Of a stretch of DNA of 64,000 nucleotides, positions 38,201-53,200 are shown piece by piece. The notes beneath the pieces were generated by a model, which did no database searches, was not told the DNA's origin, and was given only the letters and a program-made list of their open reading frames with translations. A program made the position numbers and the translations under genes. Position 1 is the stretch's first letter; each line of letters starts with the position of its first letter. The DNA is from Bugula neritina (taxonomy: Eukaryota > Animalia > Bryozoa). Location: contig OZ037769.1 in assembly GCA_964035545.1 (NCBI GenBank), positions 16,894,633 through 16,958,632 on the forward strand, given 5' to 3'.

Positions 38201-41200
38201 AACAATGACACATGTCAAATAAATATTATTCTAAACAAATTAAAATATTAATATTATATTTCTCAAATACATAAATCATTAGTTTTTTAATAAATATTTC
38301 AAGTAATACAATATCATTAGTATTTCTCGATGGCATGAATTATAGAAATTAAAAGATTAGGATTAGTGTAATGCCTTTAATACGAGTGGAGATGATTCAG
38401 GGTACGAAGGCGTATGATGGGGTGATAAAACCCCCTGAATAGGTGCAGGTGTACTCAGTTTGCCTACTTATTGACTGACAGTGTATTTACTAATGCTTTG
38501 TAATGTAAGTTCAAGCATGAGACTTACTTTCTACAAACATACTCTGTACTTACGAATCACCAACAACGTACGTACCATGATAGCCTGCCAGCCTAGATTC
38601 ACCCGAATGTAAAGTCGCTGTTCGTCTGCGACGAAGCCGAGAGTTCCGGACGGGATGGCGAGAGACGAGCTGCTCATCATACTCTGGTCACTGAACATGA
38701 GAATCTGTAAGAGGTCATTGTTTGTATACCAGTAGAGGTCAATGGGTTCATTATACACACGCTACTCTCTGGTAATACAACATCATTATTCAGGAAGTTA
38801 GCTGAGCACGGAGTAGCATAACTTCTGAGCTTGAAGCCAAGACTGATTCATGCTTAGGCCTAATATAAAATATCAGAACTTCTTTCTACTTTTACATCAC
38901 CACTGCAAGATCTAAGGCTATTTTTAAAAATTGATTCAGTTTAGTAATGTCCATGCTATTATGAATTGTTAATATGGGCAGGGAAAGGCAACTACTAACA
39001 ACTAATAGTTCTACGTACTTCACTCCAATTATGAATACAAATCATAGGTTCAACTAAACGGGTAGAAGTTAGTTTTCTACATTCACAACGCAACATAAGA
39101 AACCATGAATAAAACTGCCAGTAGTAGGCTATTTGTTACTTGGAACTCAGGCAATTTAGTAGTCATGGTAACAGGTTAAACAAATAATGCTGAAACAAAT
39201 GGAGGTAGTAAGCGGGGTGCCGGTAACTCCCCCCTTACCGACCATAGCATGCGGGTTTGATTAGAGCTAAACTGAAAGAACTTACTCCTGACTCAAGCTG
39301 ATAGTACTACAAAGTATAACATGTTACATGCAGCCACTCAGTCCAACAATCAAATCGATTAATATGAACTCAAATTGATTTCCAACTGACTGAAATAAAA
39401 GTCTCTCTAATTATCATTGGCCTAAAATCGCCCAACAAAAAAAGGTAAACAGAACTGAGCTTAGCATGTACTATTCTATTTATAGAACTAATTTATTTTA
39501 CTTTTATTTCAAATTCTAGTTGATCATAACTACTTCTTTCAGGACTCAAGACAGTCACATTGAAAGCAATTAATTATTTTTGTAACAAACATTCCTTTCC
39601 AGCTAGTAATATGTAGCCACTTGAGGGTATAAACTTGGTGCATTTATTGCTCTTTTGCATGATATAAAAATTATTGTAGTATAAAACCTGTAGAGAAATT
39701 AAAAAAGCCATTCGCCAAAATTGGCAGCAATTGAAACATTTTAGTTAATTTTTGTTACGCAAAATGCATTTCTATTTTTACACCCCTCTTCCCTTTACAC
39801 TCCTTCTAGCTATCTGATTTCTCCTTCTAACTACACTCTTTGTTCTCATTATTCACAGACAAACAAACAGACAGACTTACGTTGCCTAAGCTGTTTCCAG
39901 TATTCAACTTTATTGCACCACCGGGTAAACCTGGAGGACCTGGAGGTCCAGGTGGTCCAACGATTGCTTCTCCGGGAGCACCCTAAACACCAGAAATTCA
40001 ATAAACACACTGCATATAATACCTAATATATAATAATATAAGACCACAGAGCTATACACTAGTATATTTTAGTTATATATATTGCTATGTATTTATATAG
40101 TATATTTATATTACAGTATAAATGTTACAATTTATGCTTTACTACTTTCACTATATTTACCTGCGGTCCAGGGGGACCCTCTACAACTGCAACATCCTTC
40201 GTTGACCCTGAAACATGAGTCAGCAATGATGACAGCATATAATGACAGCATGTAATGACAAAGTTTATGTTCACACTGCAGCAAAAGTTTGAAGGAAGGA
40301 AACAGTCACAGGACAGGAAATGACATACACAGATCATGTGACCTACCAGTCTCACAGCTACAGCCACCCGTATCTCCCTTTTCTCCTTTAATAGAGTCAC
40401 CAGGAGTGCCTGGAGCTCCGGGTATTCCATTTTGTCCCTGCAGTAACACCACCATAATATTTACAACATCTCTCTTTTTAGCAGCTTATAAAAGCTTATA
40501 GAAATGTGATTATATGTTTACCGGAAAGCCAGGTGCTCCGATCATTCCCTTTGGACCCGCAATGCCAGGATGACCTTTGACACCTCGATGACCTCTGCGA
40601 CCTCTCTGACCTTTAAATGTGAGACATGTTCCCTCCTCTCCTTTTTCTCCGGCATCCCCCTTATCTCCCTGGTGTCAATATTATTATATACACTGTCTGC
40701 ACAATGCCATACTCAAATATTATATATGTTATGTTATTTATAACATATTATATTATATATTTAGCATGTATTATACATAATATATTATAAATTATATATT
40801 GGCTACTACTGTATGTTATGCTAATAGGCTGGGTTAATTGAAAAATTGTCTAACCTTACAAAAAGTTTCAGCAGAAACTCTTCAAAAGTAAACTACATAA
40901 CTCTATAATCAATAAATCAACAACACAACTAGTTGTGGTAAAATACACATCACATGGTGAAATCTAAAACTCTCTAGAAAGTTCTCAAAGCTTCTGGAAA
41001 TTTGCAGTGAGATGAAGAGATAATGCAACAGGAAACAGACTAGTTGGGATGTCTGGCACCTTCTAGAATTATAAGGAGGAATGAATTCCACTGACAGAAT
41101 TTATATATCAACAAATTCTTAATAAATTATTGACCTACTTATGGTGGCATGAAACTTCTTTGTGTAAAGAAGGCGTGTGCTATTTTATCACAAATTTTCA

Positions 41201-44200
41201 ATAAATCAATGGTTGGCAATTTTTTGGTTCACTGTTGGGGAGGAAATTTCAAAGGGGACATAAATCATAAAACAGGAAATAAATTACTTTACTGAACTGT
41301 GAAAACAGACATACTTTATGTTTGTCACCAGATGAAAGGTATTTGACCCACTTATAGGTAAAATATCATAAATAGTGAAATACCTTTTCTTTTAGCAACG
41401 GTATTATATCCGCCAGGTCACCTAGATCTAGGGCTCCTGGTGCTCCGGCTACTCCGCGTTCTCCCTTCTCACCCTTAGCACCAGCTGACTGCAAGTGCCA
41501 ATAGTAAGTAATATGATAGTTGCCAATTATGTTCAATGTGCATGTCATATCTTATTCTAGAATATTCTTTTCGTAAAGTATGCTTAATTACAGTTTATAT
41601 CATTGTTAGTAAACTTATGTGAGTTGGTAATTGTCTTCTCTTTTTGTCAGCAGTAAATTTATAATATTTCAACTGATACAACTGACACAGTAATTTTATG
41701 TTCTATAGTTAAAATAAATTTGAAATTTGAAAAAAAATTGCTGCTGCACTAAAAAATTATTAAAATTAGCAGTCGTGAATAACCAATATAAGTAGAGAAG
41801 ACAACTCTAAGTAGTAAAACTAGTGAACAACACTTAAAACTTGACTAAATCTACTCACCACATTCTCTGAGAGGAATGGTCTACCAACAGCGGTGCCTGG
41901 AGGGCCAGGTGGTCCGACAGGGCCCGGCAATCCTACACCAGCGTCTCCTTTCTCTCCTTTAGTACCATTTACTCCCGGTACTCCTTGCTTACCAGTTGCA
42001 CCTGGCAGTCCAGGTTGTCCATTTATTCCATCAGCACCTCGGGCTCCTTGAGGTCCCTCAGCACCATCTTCACCTATGAAGACAAACCTAATTATTTACC
42101 TTGCAAAGTGTAACAGCTCGAAGATGATCTAATTAAACTCAATAAAAACATGTAAAGTTAAAACAATACTTCAGTTTATATGCAGTTATGTAACTATTCT
42201 TTGGGGTTTAGTTAAACTATGCAAATTGTGTTAAACAATTTACCTGGAACTCCTTTCTCTCCAGACACTCCTGGTTCACCAACAGCACCCTTTTCTCCTT
42301 TTTCACCTTGAAATCCAGGTTGTCCGGGAGCACCTTCTTTACCAGGTAAACCTTCTTGGACTACTCCATTACTCTACGATTAGGAGATTAAAAACAATTA
42401 CTTAGAAATGCATGAAGCTTACTCTCAAAAGAGGATACAACTCCTTATGTATATATGAGAGCAGAAGATGGCTAGCTATGAGTTGAGTGAACACAACTCT
42501 CTGGCGTGTTGCGTACATCTTAAAAATTATGGAGACTGTACATGGTTACTGTCTGTCATAGTGATGTGCACAGTGTTAGTCACAGTCACACTGTCACAGT
42601 GATGTGCTCAGTGTTAGTCTCAGTCACACTCTGTCACAGTGATGTGCACAGTGTTAGTCACAGTCTCACATAGCTAAAACTCAGCTAAAACTTAAACACA
42701 CCTGTGCAGCTGGTGGTCCAGGTGGGCCTTGTATCCCCTGTGGTCCGCGATCGCCAAGTTCTCCCTTCTCACCTTTGAGTCCAGCTATACCAGCCTCTCC
42801 TTTACTGCCAGTATCTCCCTAAAATAGAATGCATCTGGTGTCGTATGTGTAACCAAGCAGACTGCTATACTATACGCTGCTATACTATATACTGCTATAC
42901 TACACACTGCTATACTATACACTGCTATACTATACACTGCTATACTATACGCTGCTATACTATATACTGCTATACTACACACTGCTATACTATACACTGC
43001 TATACTATACACTGCTATACTATACACTGCTATACTATACACTGCTATACTATACACTGCTATACTATACTCTACTATACTATACACTGCTATACTATAC
43101 ACTGCTATACTATACACTGCTATACTATACACTACTATACTATACACTGCTATACTATATACTGCTATACTATATACTGCTATACTATACACTAATTATA
43201 TGTTATATACTGCTATGCTAGACACTGCTATACTATACTCTACTATACTATACACTGCTATACTATACACTGCTATACTATACACTGCTATACTATACGC
43301 TGCTATACTATACACTGCTATGATATACATTGCTATACTATATACTACTATACTATATCCTGCTATACTATACAGTAATATACTATACAGTAATATACTA
43401 TACAGTAATATACTATACAGTAATATACTATACAGTAATGCAGTGTTTTGTATTAACTGGGAGGGTCAACCAGTTCAATACATGCTGTTCGATTAGTTCT
43501 CCATAGACTGTGAATTTACACAGCAGAGTAAACACCTGGTTTGATACATCAAAAACCCACCCTTACTACACATACATTTAATGCAGTCAGATTATCGACA
43601 ATTGGATATCATAGCCTTGATATTTAACCTCCAGTAACAAAGAGCTTTTGAATTTTTAAGTTTGATAACTTCCAACAAAAGAAAACCTGGTCAAATATAA
43701 CCCTGACCAGTTTACTTTTGCATACTGGGCGTCCCGTAGCCCCTTCCATTATTTGTACACAATTGCTGTGGTACTAAGGCTAGCATTAAATATTCTATTC
43801 AAGTATTTCCTTTTAGACTTTAGATTTAGTGTTCAAAATACAATGTTGTGTCATAAAAGTTAGAAACAAGACTTCCAGAAATTATTAAACACAATAACTT
43901 TGTGGAGAATTTCACTGTTTTACAGCAGCCACCTTACGAAAAGCCTAGTGACTGCATCTTGTAGCTTATGGGATAAATGGACTCGTCAAAGTATACAATC
44001 AAGTATATAATTAGACAGTTAGAACAAATTGAATCATCACAATACCTTTGAGCCATGTGTACCTGAAGCTCCACGTTCTCCTGGCTCTCCCCGTTCTCCA
44101 TGTGTTCCCTGTATAAATAGAAATTAAGAAATTAGGCAATACGTTCATCTGTTATGTCTTAATGCATATTCTACTTAGTCTATGTATTATTATTCTCATA

Positions 44201-47200
44201 CAGGAAGACCAGGAGCTCCAGGTTCTCCGTCAACACCATCTCTACCCGGTGCACCATCTACTGCTGTACAGTTGCCAGTTTCACCTACAAAACCAAGTAT
44301 TTTATAGCAAATGTTTCTCTCCACCCTCAATAGCAATAGTTTCTTCATTGGTTGATGTCTTTGGGGAACCTACCTTTAGGCCCCCTCAATAACTCTAAAG
44401 TAGGAACTCTACTAAATATATCAGCACTAGGCTCCTCTCCTGACCCACTCTCTGCCAGAACTTCTTCCAGTTCCATAAAGAAAGACTTTCCTGGAGGTCC
44501 TTGAGGGCCGACCACAGTATCCCCCTACCAATTACGTTGAGATGTTGTATTCAGAACCATGGCTATTAGTTTCCAGCAAAACTAAACCACTTTTAGCTGA
44601 GATTCTTTTTTCAATCAATCATAATCGCTGCCGCTACTGCTACTGCTGCAACGTTTTGATTAACTATTTTAAATTTTGACTTTGTGCATGGCTCTTCTGG
44701 ATCAAACACTACTTCACCCCACCCTTCTTTTCCCACCCACCTTACCCCACCCGTCTTCTCACTCAAATAGTTGTACAAAACCTGCTAATCAAGCAGAAAA
44801 GTAGACTTGAAATATTTCTCTCAATTTGATATGAAAATGCAGCTAAGAAAACAATATCAGAGTTAACCTGTGGTAGAAAGTATTATAAGAACGTAGCATA
44901 TGCCAGTATAAAGTCACTTGGACATTCCACCTCATACTTCACATGCCCGTAAACTTGTCCCATAAAATATAACAATACACTAATTTGGCTGATTACATTC
45001 TCAACAATAGGAGAGAGAAGCTAAACTGGTCTGTAGCTTGTAAATGTGTCTATTCAATTTTAATGCTTTATCACACAGGAAGTGTGAACAAGAAGAAAGG
45101 GTATAATGGGTGGTTGTTGGCATCATAACTATTATTAAGTCTGTTAGGATTGTACATCGTATAAACGCTAGTCATAACAGAGCAATGAGTCCCTCTTTCT
45201 GATTCGCTAATCAACTGTAATGGTAGAAAGGAAGTGCGCAGAACTGAGTACCTAATTAAGGCTTCAGCTGAAATCGTATGCGGCATTTTACTCGAGACAA
45301 CAATGTCTCAAATTAAATTAGGTTAATGAGTTAATTTTTCTCGACCAGCTCTTACAACTAATAAATTAATGAATTTATATCAAGTTTAACACCGTGACAA
45401 ATATTAAGCTTTCATGCATGGCTTTCGTGATACTAAAGTAATAGACTGCTACTTTTAGATCAGAGAGAGATAACTTCGAATAATACATACTGTAATGTAA
45501 GATATTAACTCTTTTATTTCAATACGGCTTCAACTGCATCAACATATCTCCTATCTACTTTATATTGTAGGTGTGACTTAGTCATGTGACTCGAATCACT
45601 GATGAGGTAAAGGAAAGACAACTCCTGATATAGCGTGATATCCAACATCCAAGGGAATGCGTATAGGGGCCTGTATACTCTACCCAACTTCATAATGAAA
45701 CTGGACTTGCCACTTGACAACTACACTTACATCAACGACATTATAACTTTCCTATTTATAATGATACTAGTTGTAATAGCGCAGTGTGGAGGATATTTAT
45801 CCCCTTCGCTATTAGGACATGTCACTACGCAGTGTATATTGATGCACACAGCTAATAAACACACACTCTCACAGATCCATATAAATGTGTACATTGAGTA
45901 AACTTACCATTTCTCCTTTAGCACCTTTAATTCCCTTTTCTCCGATATCTCCTTTCACTGATTCTCCAGGAACACCGGGTTTTCCGGGTTTTCCCACACC
46001 AGTTTCTCCTTTCTCTCCCTGCACACAATATAAAATGTATATAATGTCTTCATGCATGACTAAGTATTACACATGTAACAATATAATATATAATGCTAAT
46101 GTGAGAAGATACTGTATTCTACCTTAGCGCCTTGCAATCCTGGAGGTCCAATTTCACCCTCCAGACCTGGAATACCATTTATTCCATGTTTACCAGGAGT
46201 TCCGGCCATTCCAGCATCTCCCTTCTCTCCTTTCAACCCTTTATAAATATTGATCAAAAACTAAGTTAGCAGTCAGTAAAACTGCATACATAATGGTTAG
46301 TGTGACTCATGGCTCTTTGTATAAAGTGTCCAATAGCACAGCAGACGTAGAGTTGGGATTGTGTCCCTTGATATATCTCAATTCTTGTAAGGATATAATT
46401 TGCAGATGCTTTACAGGTGAGCAGAGTTAAGTCACACAAACAAGCAGCATTGGCTACAAGAACTTGTGGCCACAGAGGTCTAAGAGACGTGGGAGCTAAC
46501 ACACATGTGCTTTGAGCTAGACCTCACTGTTCAAAGCTGCTGAGAACACTGCAATAACTAGCCTGGGACCACACAGTGTTTACCTATAAGAGAGGGTGCC
46601 GATATCAGGTTCCCACTAGTTGCCTCTCTCTCTGAAATACAATGTTATACTCTAACGAACATCTAATGCTAACAGCTTCAGTAGAACCGCCAATTATCTT
46701 TTAAGTTGTTAGAAAAGGAGTTTTCTACTTATTACTTAAAGTCACAAAGGCGAATAATTCTTTTAGCGGTAACTAAAATGAGCAATCAGTACTATTATAT
46801 CTAATGTGTTGATCTACACTCACCGATACCAGCAGGTCCCATTTCTCCGGGGGCACCCTTCTCGCCCTTTGGTCCGGAGACAGAGACAGGAGAGCGCGTC
46901 TGCAGAGCTCCGTCAACTGCCGGGGCCGGAGCTCTTTCCTTCAGAGATTCTGTCGAGTAGAGAGCAGTTGAGGTCCACCAGACAAACGGCGTCGTTGTTG
47001 AGGAGTCGCCGAGTAACGCTTCAGGATCAACTGGTTCCCTCGGTGGACCCACTGCCAGGAAACCACTTCCCGTTTCTACCTCGTCTTCTCCCGGCTAAAA
47101 ACCGTTACAAAATTGATTATCGTGTATTCAGCTGTGGAGGAAAAGAAATAGTGTAACAGAAAGATGGTGCCATATTAAGAGTAATCCCCCTTGCAAATAG

Positions 47201-50200
47201 TAATAATGCTAAAAGCAGTGATTTTAGGTTTAGCAAAATCATGTTAATCAAACAAGCAAGTGATGATTTGAAAGTTAGTAAAACAGAGCATGCAGCATGA
47301 ATTTACTAAATGTCCTTCACCTTCAAAGAAGTCATAACCTTAGCATGATCAGAAGTGATGACCTTGACAGTAGTGCTGCCCATAGCAGATGTGTAGCCGG
47401 CATCGGTCGCTCCGTTACTAGATGGAGCTGTAGTGTGGGATGGAGGGAAGGAAGAGCTAAAGTTAAGGGACGTATTCGTAACCGCTCTCAAATCAGTGAG
47501 TGAAGTGGTGCTAGTGAGTGAATCCAAGTCTGAGACTGTTTCTGTTACAGAGGAAATCGTCTGCAGCACACTGATTGGCTGTTTAGTTGTAGGAGTTTTC
47601 TCTCTTTCAATAGTCTCGGTTGGAGTAGAGAAAAGGGAAGTTGATGTGGTTAGTTCAGTGGGAGTTGGTGATGCTGTTGCAGTTCTAGATGCCAAAGTGT
47701 CCGTAAAGATCAAGTGGGTTGTCACATTTACCTCTACAACATTTTGATTGTCTTCAGGTATTGTTGCCACTTCTTCTAGCAGTTCAGCACCTGGTATCGA
47801 GTTATTTGACCTTGAGTTATTTGACCTCGAGTCCGAGTCGACAGAGACAGATTCATGAGTGACATTAAGCAATGTCTTTGCATCATTGTGTTCAACTGTT
47901 GATGCTGACGGCGGAAAAACTTCTGTGTCAAAGTTAACCACCGATATGTTGAGGCTAGATACGGGCGGGGCAGGAGCCCCCGCTGCGGCTGGCTGCTGCT
48001 TAGAGTTAGATTTGTGCTGATTGGTTGGATGTGCAGAATCATTAGTGGTTAGTATTGGTGCAGACTGCAAAGCATAAAGTAAGACTCAAAAGCAAGCTGG
48101 TGATCACCTTATGATGCTACTAGTTTACTAGTCTACTAGTCTACTAGCTACTAGTCTACTAGTCTACTAGTCTACTAGTCTACGAGCTACTAGTCTACTA
48201 GTCAAGGTGATCAGTCGGTGACATGCTAAGAAATTAGATTCACAATCTCTCACTAGCTGGATTAGTGTTTGTTTCAGCAAAGTTAATAATTTGTTGAAAT
48301 TGACTTGTAAAAAGGTATGAAAATTTCACTTTTAAGGCAAAACTTCTTTTGTAATGGAGATACTAAAATCATGCATAATGTAAAATAACTTCTTGTCTGA
48401 AAAGGCAAACTAAATACTAAGCAATAAGAAAAAAACTAAACTAGGGTGTCCTTAGCATGCAGAAAAGTTCAAAGGTGTGTCTAAAAAAGCTGAAGACGTG
48501 CTAAAAACTAGTGCATAATTATATTTCACTCAACAACCAACACTGCATCACCAATCTTATGCTTTGTGTGCAAGCTCGAGGTTAGTAGTGTTGCATATTG
48601 TGTATATATTGTGTATATATTGTGTATAATGCAATATATTTACTAGCAAAATTATAATGTATTACATGTATATACGATAGTTCTTGGTTAATTTATTGTC
48701 AAGATGATTATATGACAAGACAGAAAAATATAAACTGTATTATATATCACTATACAGTATAATATTATATATTACAGTATAACATATTACAGTATACTAT
48801 ATTACAGTGTATTATATTACAGCTATATTATATTACAGTATATTATATTACAGTATATTATATTACAGTATATTATATTACAGCAGTATATATTACAGCA
48901 GTATACTATATTACAGTGTATTATATTACAGTATATTATATTACAGTATAATTATTATATTACAGTGTATTATATTACATTATAATATATACCTCAGTAT
49001 CATCAATAATCTGTCCATCCACCACATACTCTCCACCAGGTAATTGTTCCTACAAGAATAGAGGCGGAAAGCTTACTAAGACATCCTGTTGTAACATTTC
49101 TCTTTCACAAAACTCACACCTCAATGGCTTGTTGCAAGACATATTATATTTACTTGAGCACTGACGCATTACCAACTAGCGTTAACTTGTTTCAAGTGCT
49201 TGTAGACTTGATAATGATACTTGATTACTCCTCAACTTAAGTCTCAATCATCCAATCACATTAATTGTTTAATACGCATTCTTTTGAGTAGATGAAAATT
49301 AGCTAATCTGTCACAAACCTCACTGTGTAAACTTTCAGCTGTAACTTAATATCATGTTTGTTGTCCAACTCAAAACAACACAAACATGCTGTTGCTGTTT
49401 GAGAAACAATATTGAATAATGAGCCAACATCTTTGATCTTGTTTTGTCATTTGACACTATGGATTTTGCAGCTTTGTCTCAAGTGTAGAAAATTAAGTAC
49501 TCATTGTTAAACTGTAAACGGCACCTTTTGAGTGATTATGGTATTTATAGAAAAAATCTGTTATGATATAAGCTGATCTTCTGTCACAAGTTGACAGCAT
49601 TTTTCTACCTTAGCAATTGGACCACATAGCCATTGGACCACATAACTATTGGACCACCTGGTCTAATGGACCAGACAGCTATTGGGCCACGTACCTAACA
49701 AATGGGGCCATGCACAGACTGGCCCAAAGAAATAACTAAATTTATGCTGTCATGTAATACTTATGCTTCTAAGCTAAAACAACATATTCATGTACAACTA
49801 TGCAGGAGATACTGCGGTTTTATTATCACTATATATAGAAACTATTGTGGTTAGAAATATTTTACAGAATAGTAATTCGTAGCACTTTGTAGACACCCAC
49901 CTTCTTATCATCTACTCTAATCTCACATTGTCTAGCAGCATCTGAAGGGTCATTGGTTAGCAGAAGCTCCTGTATTTCTCCCTGAAAAGACAAGACAACT
50001 CTAATGATGAAACTAATAATATTGTGTTTGAAAAGTGCGGTGAAGTGGAATCCTGAATTATAGACTGCTAGCCCAAATCACAGAAGAGAATGCTTGCAAC
50101 ATGTACTAATATTTATGGAGTTTTAAATATAATATTAACTACAAATATACAGCATGTGAAGTTGAGCATGTAAATATAGTGGAAACAGACCAACAATGAG

Positions 50201-53200
50201 GTATATTTATATTGTACAGGTTAACAATTCTGTTAAAATTGTTTGTTGTTTGAATAAAGAACTTTTCTTAGTCTGAATTTACTCCAAAAACTGTTTCAAG
50301 GCTGCCCTGGCTCTCTGCACTTTCTGACATGAGCAGTCTAGACGAAAATTTAGAAAGCAGGCTTTTAATGTTAGGGTCAGCTCACAGCCCCCCAGTGTTA
50401 CCCATAAGAGTCTAGGAAGGCAGTCTACGTGTATAAAGAAGATTCTATAGCATTCCAAAAGCTCACATACTTTTACTGGCTTTGAACAAGTCAATTGTAG
50501 CTCAAAATGCAAATTGTTTGCGTTTAGCCGATAGCTTTGATGCATTATTGTGGGCAAAAGCTACATTATATTTTATTAATAACACCTTAGGTGTTGTGCA
50601 AATTTACACAAGCATATAATGAACAAAAATAATTAATTATTAATGGGGCTGATGAAGCATTATAATGGATATATTTGGGCATTATTTAAATGAACTGGCT
50701 TTTCACAGGTGAGCAAGATTGACTCTAAGGTGGCTGTAAATGGCGTGTAGATCAGGTGCTTTGTACTGACTGATGGTGCTCCCCAGACTGCTTAGTATCA
50801 ACATCCTCCTCCTTTGTTCTCTACATCAACTTTACTTACTAACCAAACATTCTCTGAGAATAGAAGGACCTTTGACTCAGAAACATACTTTGGAATAGTT
50901 AAAGTTGAAGTTTAGTTAGTCCTAGTAGCTACTAGAACTAACCAAATGTGTTCTAAGATATCGAGAATTGATGTTTGTTCATATCTTCTACGAATACATG
51001 CTTTTATGTCTGAAAATATGTTCATTAACTCACAAAAACCGTAATTCTGCTTCAGATAAAATTTGCCACTAACACTCCTTTAAAGTTGGAAATTTTCAGA
51101 CAGAAGTTGTGTTCTATAATTTGAAATAATGGAAATAAAAATAGTCTGGTGAAAAGGTCCTCTGTTGGCTAAGCTACCCAAGGTTTTGCATCTTTCATTG
51201 AATGTTTTTAGCAGCCATGATCTAATTGGGCATGGCATTTATGTTCCAACCTTTGGGCTTGTCCCTTTTACACCTAACCCTCACTCTATGCCATTTACCC
51301 TAACCCTCACTCTTTACCCCAAAGCCCTCGCTTGTTACCCTAAATCTCTCACCTCAAACGGTTGAGTGAACACATCTCCTCCGTGACCTATCAACAGATA
51401 TGACCCGTCCACAAAGTTCATGTTACTCAGTTCCCTCTTGTACTCCTGGTTGGCATAGCTTTTACAGTACAGGTGTAGACCTATGTTTGTTCCATTAACG
51501 CCAATAGCAAACTTTGACCATCTTCCTACCATCACTGGAACTGTAAACTCTGCTATCTTTTTGTACCCCTGCAGCACATCACGACGTAAAAAGTTAAATC
51601 TCAAAGTCATAAAATGGTTTCAAACGGCTTCAACTGAATGCTATATATACTGATGGCTGAAAGAAAACACTTACTTTTTAAATTATAGAGTTAATATTTT
51701 AAGTTTAGCTATATTTATGATAAGTATTTTCAATTAGAAACATTGTGTTCACTTGCATATATTCCTTTTGCAACTCTGACTTTCAAGCCATGGTTTGAAA
51801 GTCAGGTGACTGTTTTTCGTAATGAGAAAGAAATTTAATGCTAATCATTTGCTAAGACACTGATGTCTAAGCAATGACTTCTACACTCACATCTTCCAAG
51901 AGGTTCTCTGAGTACCAGAGGTTGATCTTCTGAGTATACTCATTATCTCCGCTAGAAATACTCAGACCAAGTTGGATCACCGTCTCTAGACTGTCTACCA
52001 CAGCAAACAGAAACCCTCCTTCTAAAGTCATGGGTTTTACTGTTGCTAGTATAGAAAAGTCAGACCAGAGGCTAGGTGGAAAGTAGTCGGTTACCTGTAG
52101 GGTCAGTAATTCAACAAGATTACCAAATGAATGTTAAACTAATACTACTACTACTACTACCACTACTACATACTAATACTACTACTACAGTACTACTACT
52201 ACAAACTAATACTACTACTGCTAATAATAATAATAATAATTTACTTACAAGTGTATAGATGGTGCGAGATGACTGAAACTCGTAAGATGGTTTGTCTTCA
52301 AAACTTTCTGCGATGAACACGATGTCTTTTCCTCGGTGTTTAGCAATGGCCTTGACAAGGTCAACCTCTGTAGCACCTAGAGCTGGGTCTAGAATTATAG
52401 TAGATTCTTAGGTTAGTAATGGCGCATGTAGAGATTTCTGCTTAGTTTGGCTACGACTAACGCTAAGAGAGTAGGCCTAAGAAAATCACCCGTCTTTACG
52501 TCTATGATCACAGGCTAAGCAGAGCAGAAGATGCCACTTTAGGAATTGAGCTAGGCCTTTACTACAGAATGAGATAGTAATACGGATGGCTCACACTCTC
52601 ACAGCATATACTAACACAAACAGCATCAGTTGCTTAGTAACACTCAGCTTTTACCACAAGCTGTAGCTCTTCCATTAGCAACAATACTACTAGCTTGGAG
52701 TTGGGAATTCTCTCAACCACGGTTTCGTGTTGTAATATAATTTAATACACAATATCATAATCAAGTGGAGAATCGAATTGTTATATGGACACAAATCTAA
52801 GAGTTATGTCTTCTTACACAATCATGTTCACAACTATCTCTACAGAAGCAAGCCTTACTAACACTACAAGCCGCTAGAGACATCAAGTATACCTTGCAAG
52901 CTGTAGTAGCCACCTAGCGCTGCAAACAGAACATTTAAAGTTGAACTTGAAGCAGCTTTGTGTTCAAACAAGCTAACCAGCCTATGGTGTTACTCTGTGC
53001 TGTTAAATACTATACAAGCATTATTAACACAGAAATATATATAGTAGATAAATAACTCTTTTTTAAATGGTTTTTATATTTAATTAGTTGAAATCACATC
53101 AGTTTTCTATAAAAACTACAGTTGCATCTTTTCTAAACAAGAGTGTGAACTAGCAGACGTATACTTGTATAAACTTGGACCTGAAAATTTTGAATGGTTG

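Noticed and set aside
42785-43496. YSIAV and CYTIH repeat ORFs
   Set aside because: Translations of a 15-bp intronic minisatellite.
52892-52985. Possible alternative first exon of the multiplexin (..[14 protein letters not shown], phase-1 donor GTATAC)
   Set aside because: No nearby in-frame ATG or phase-compatible acceptor, and a weak donor.
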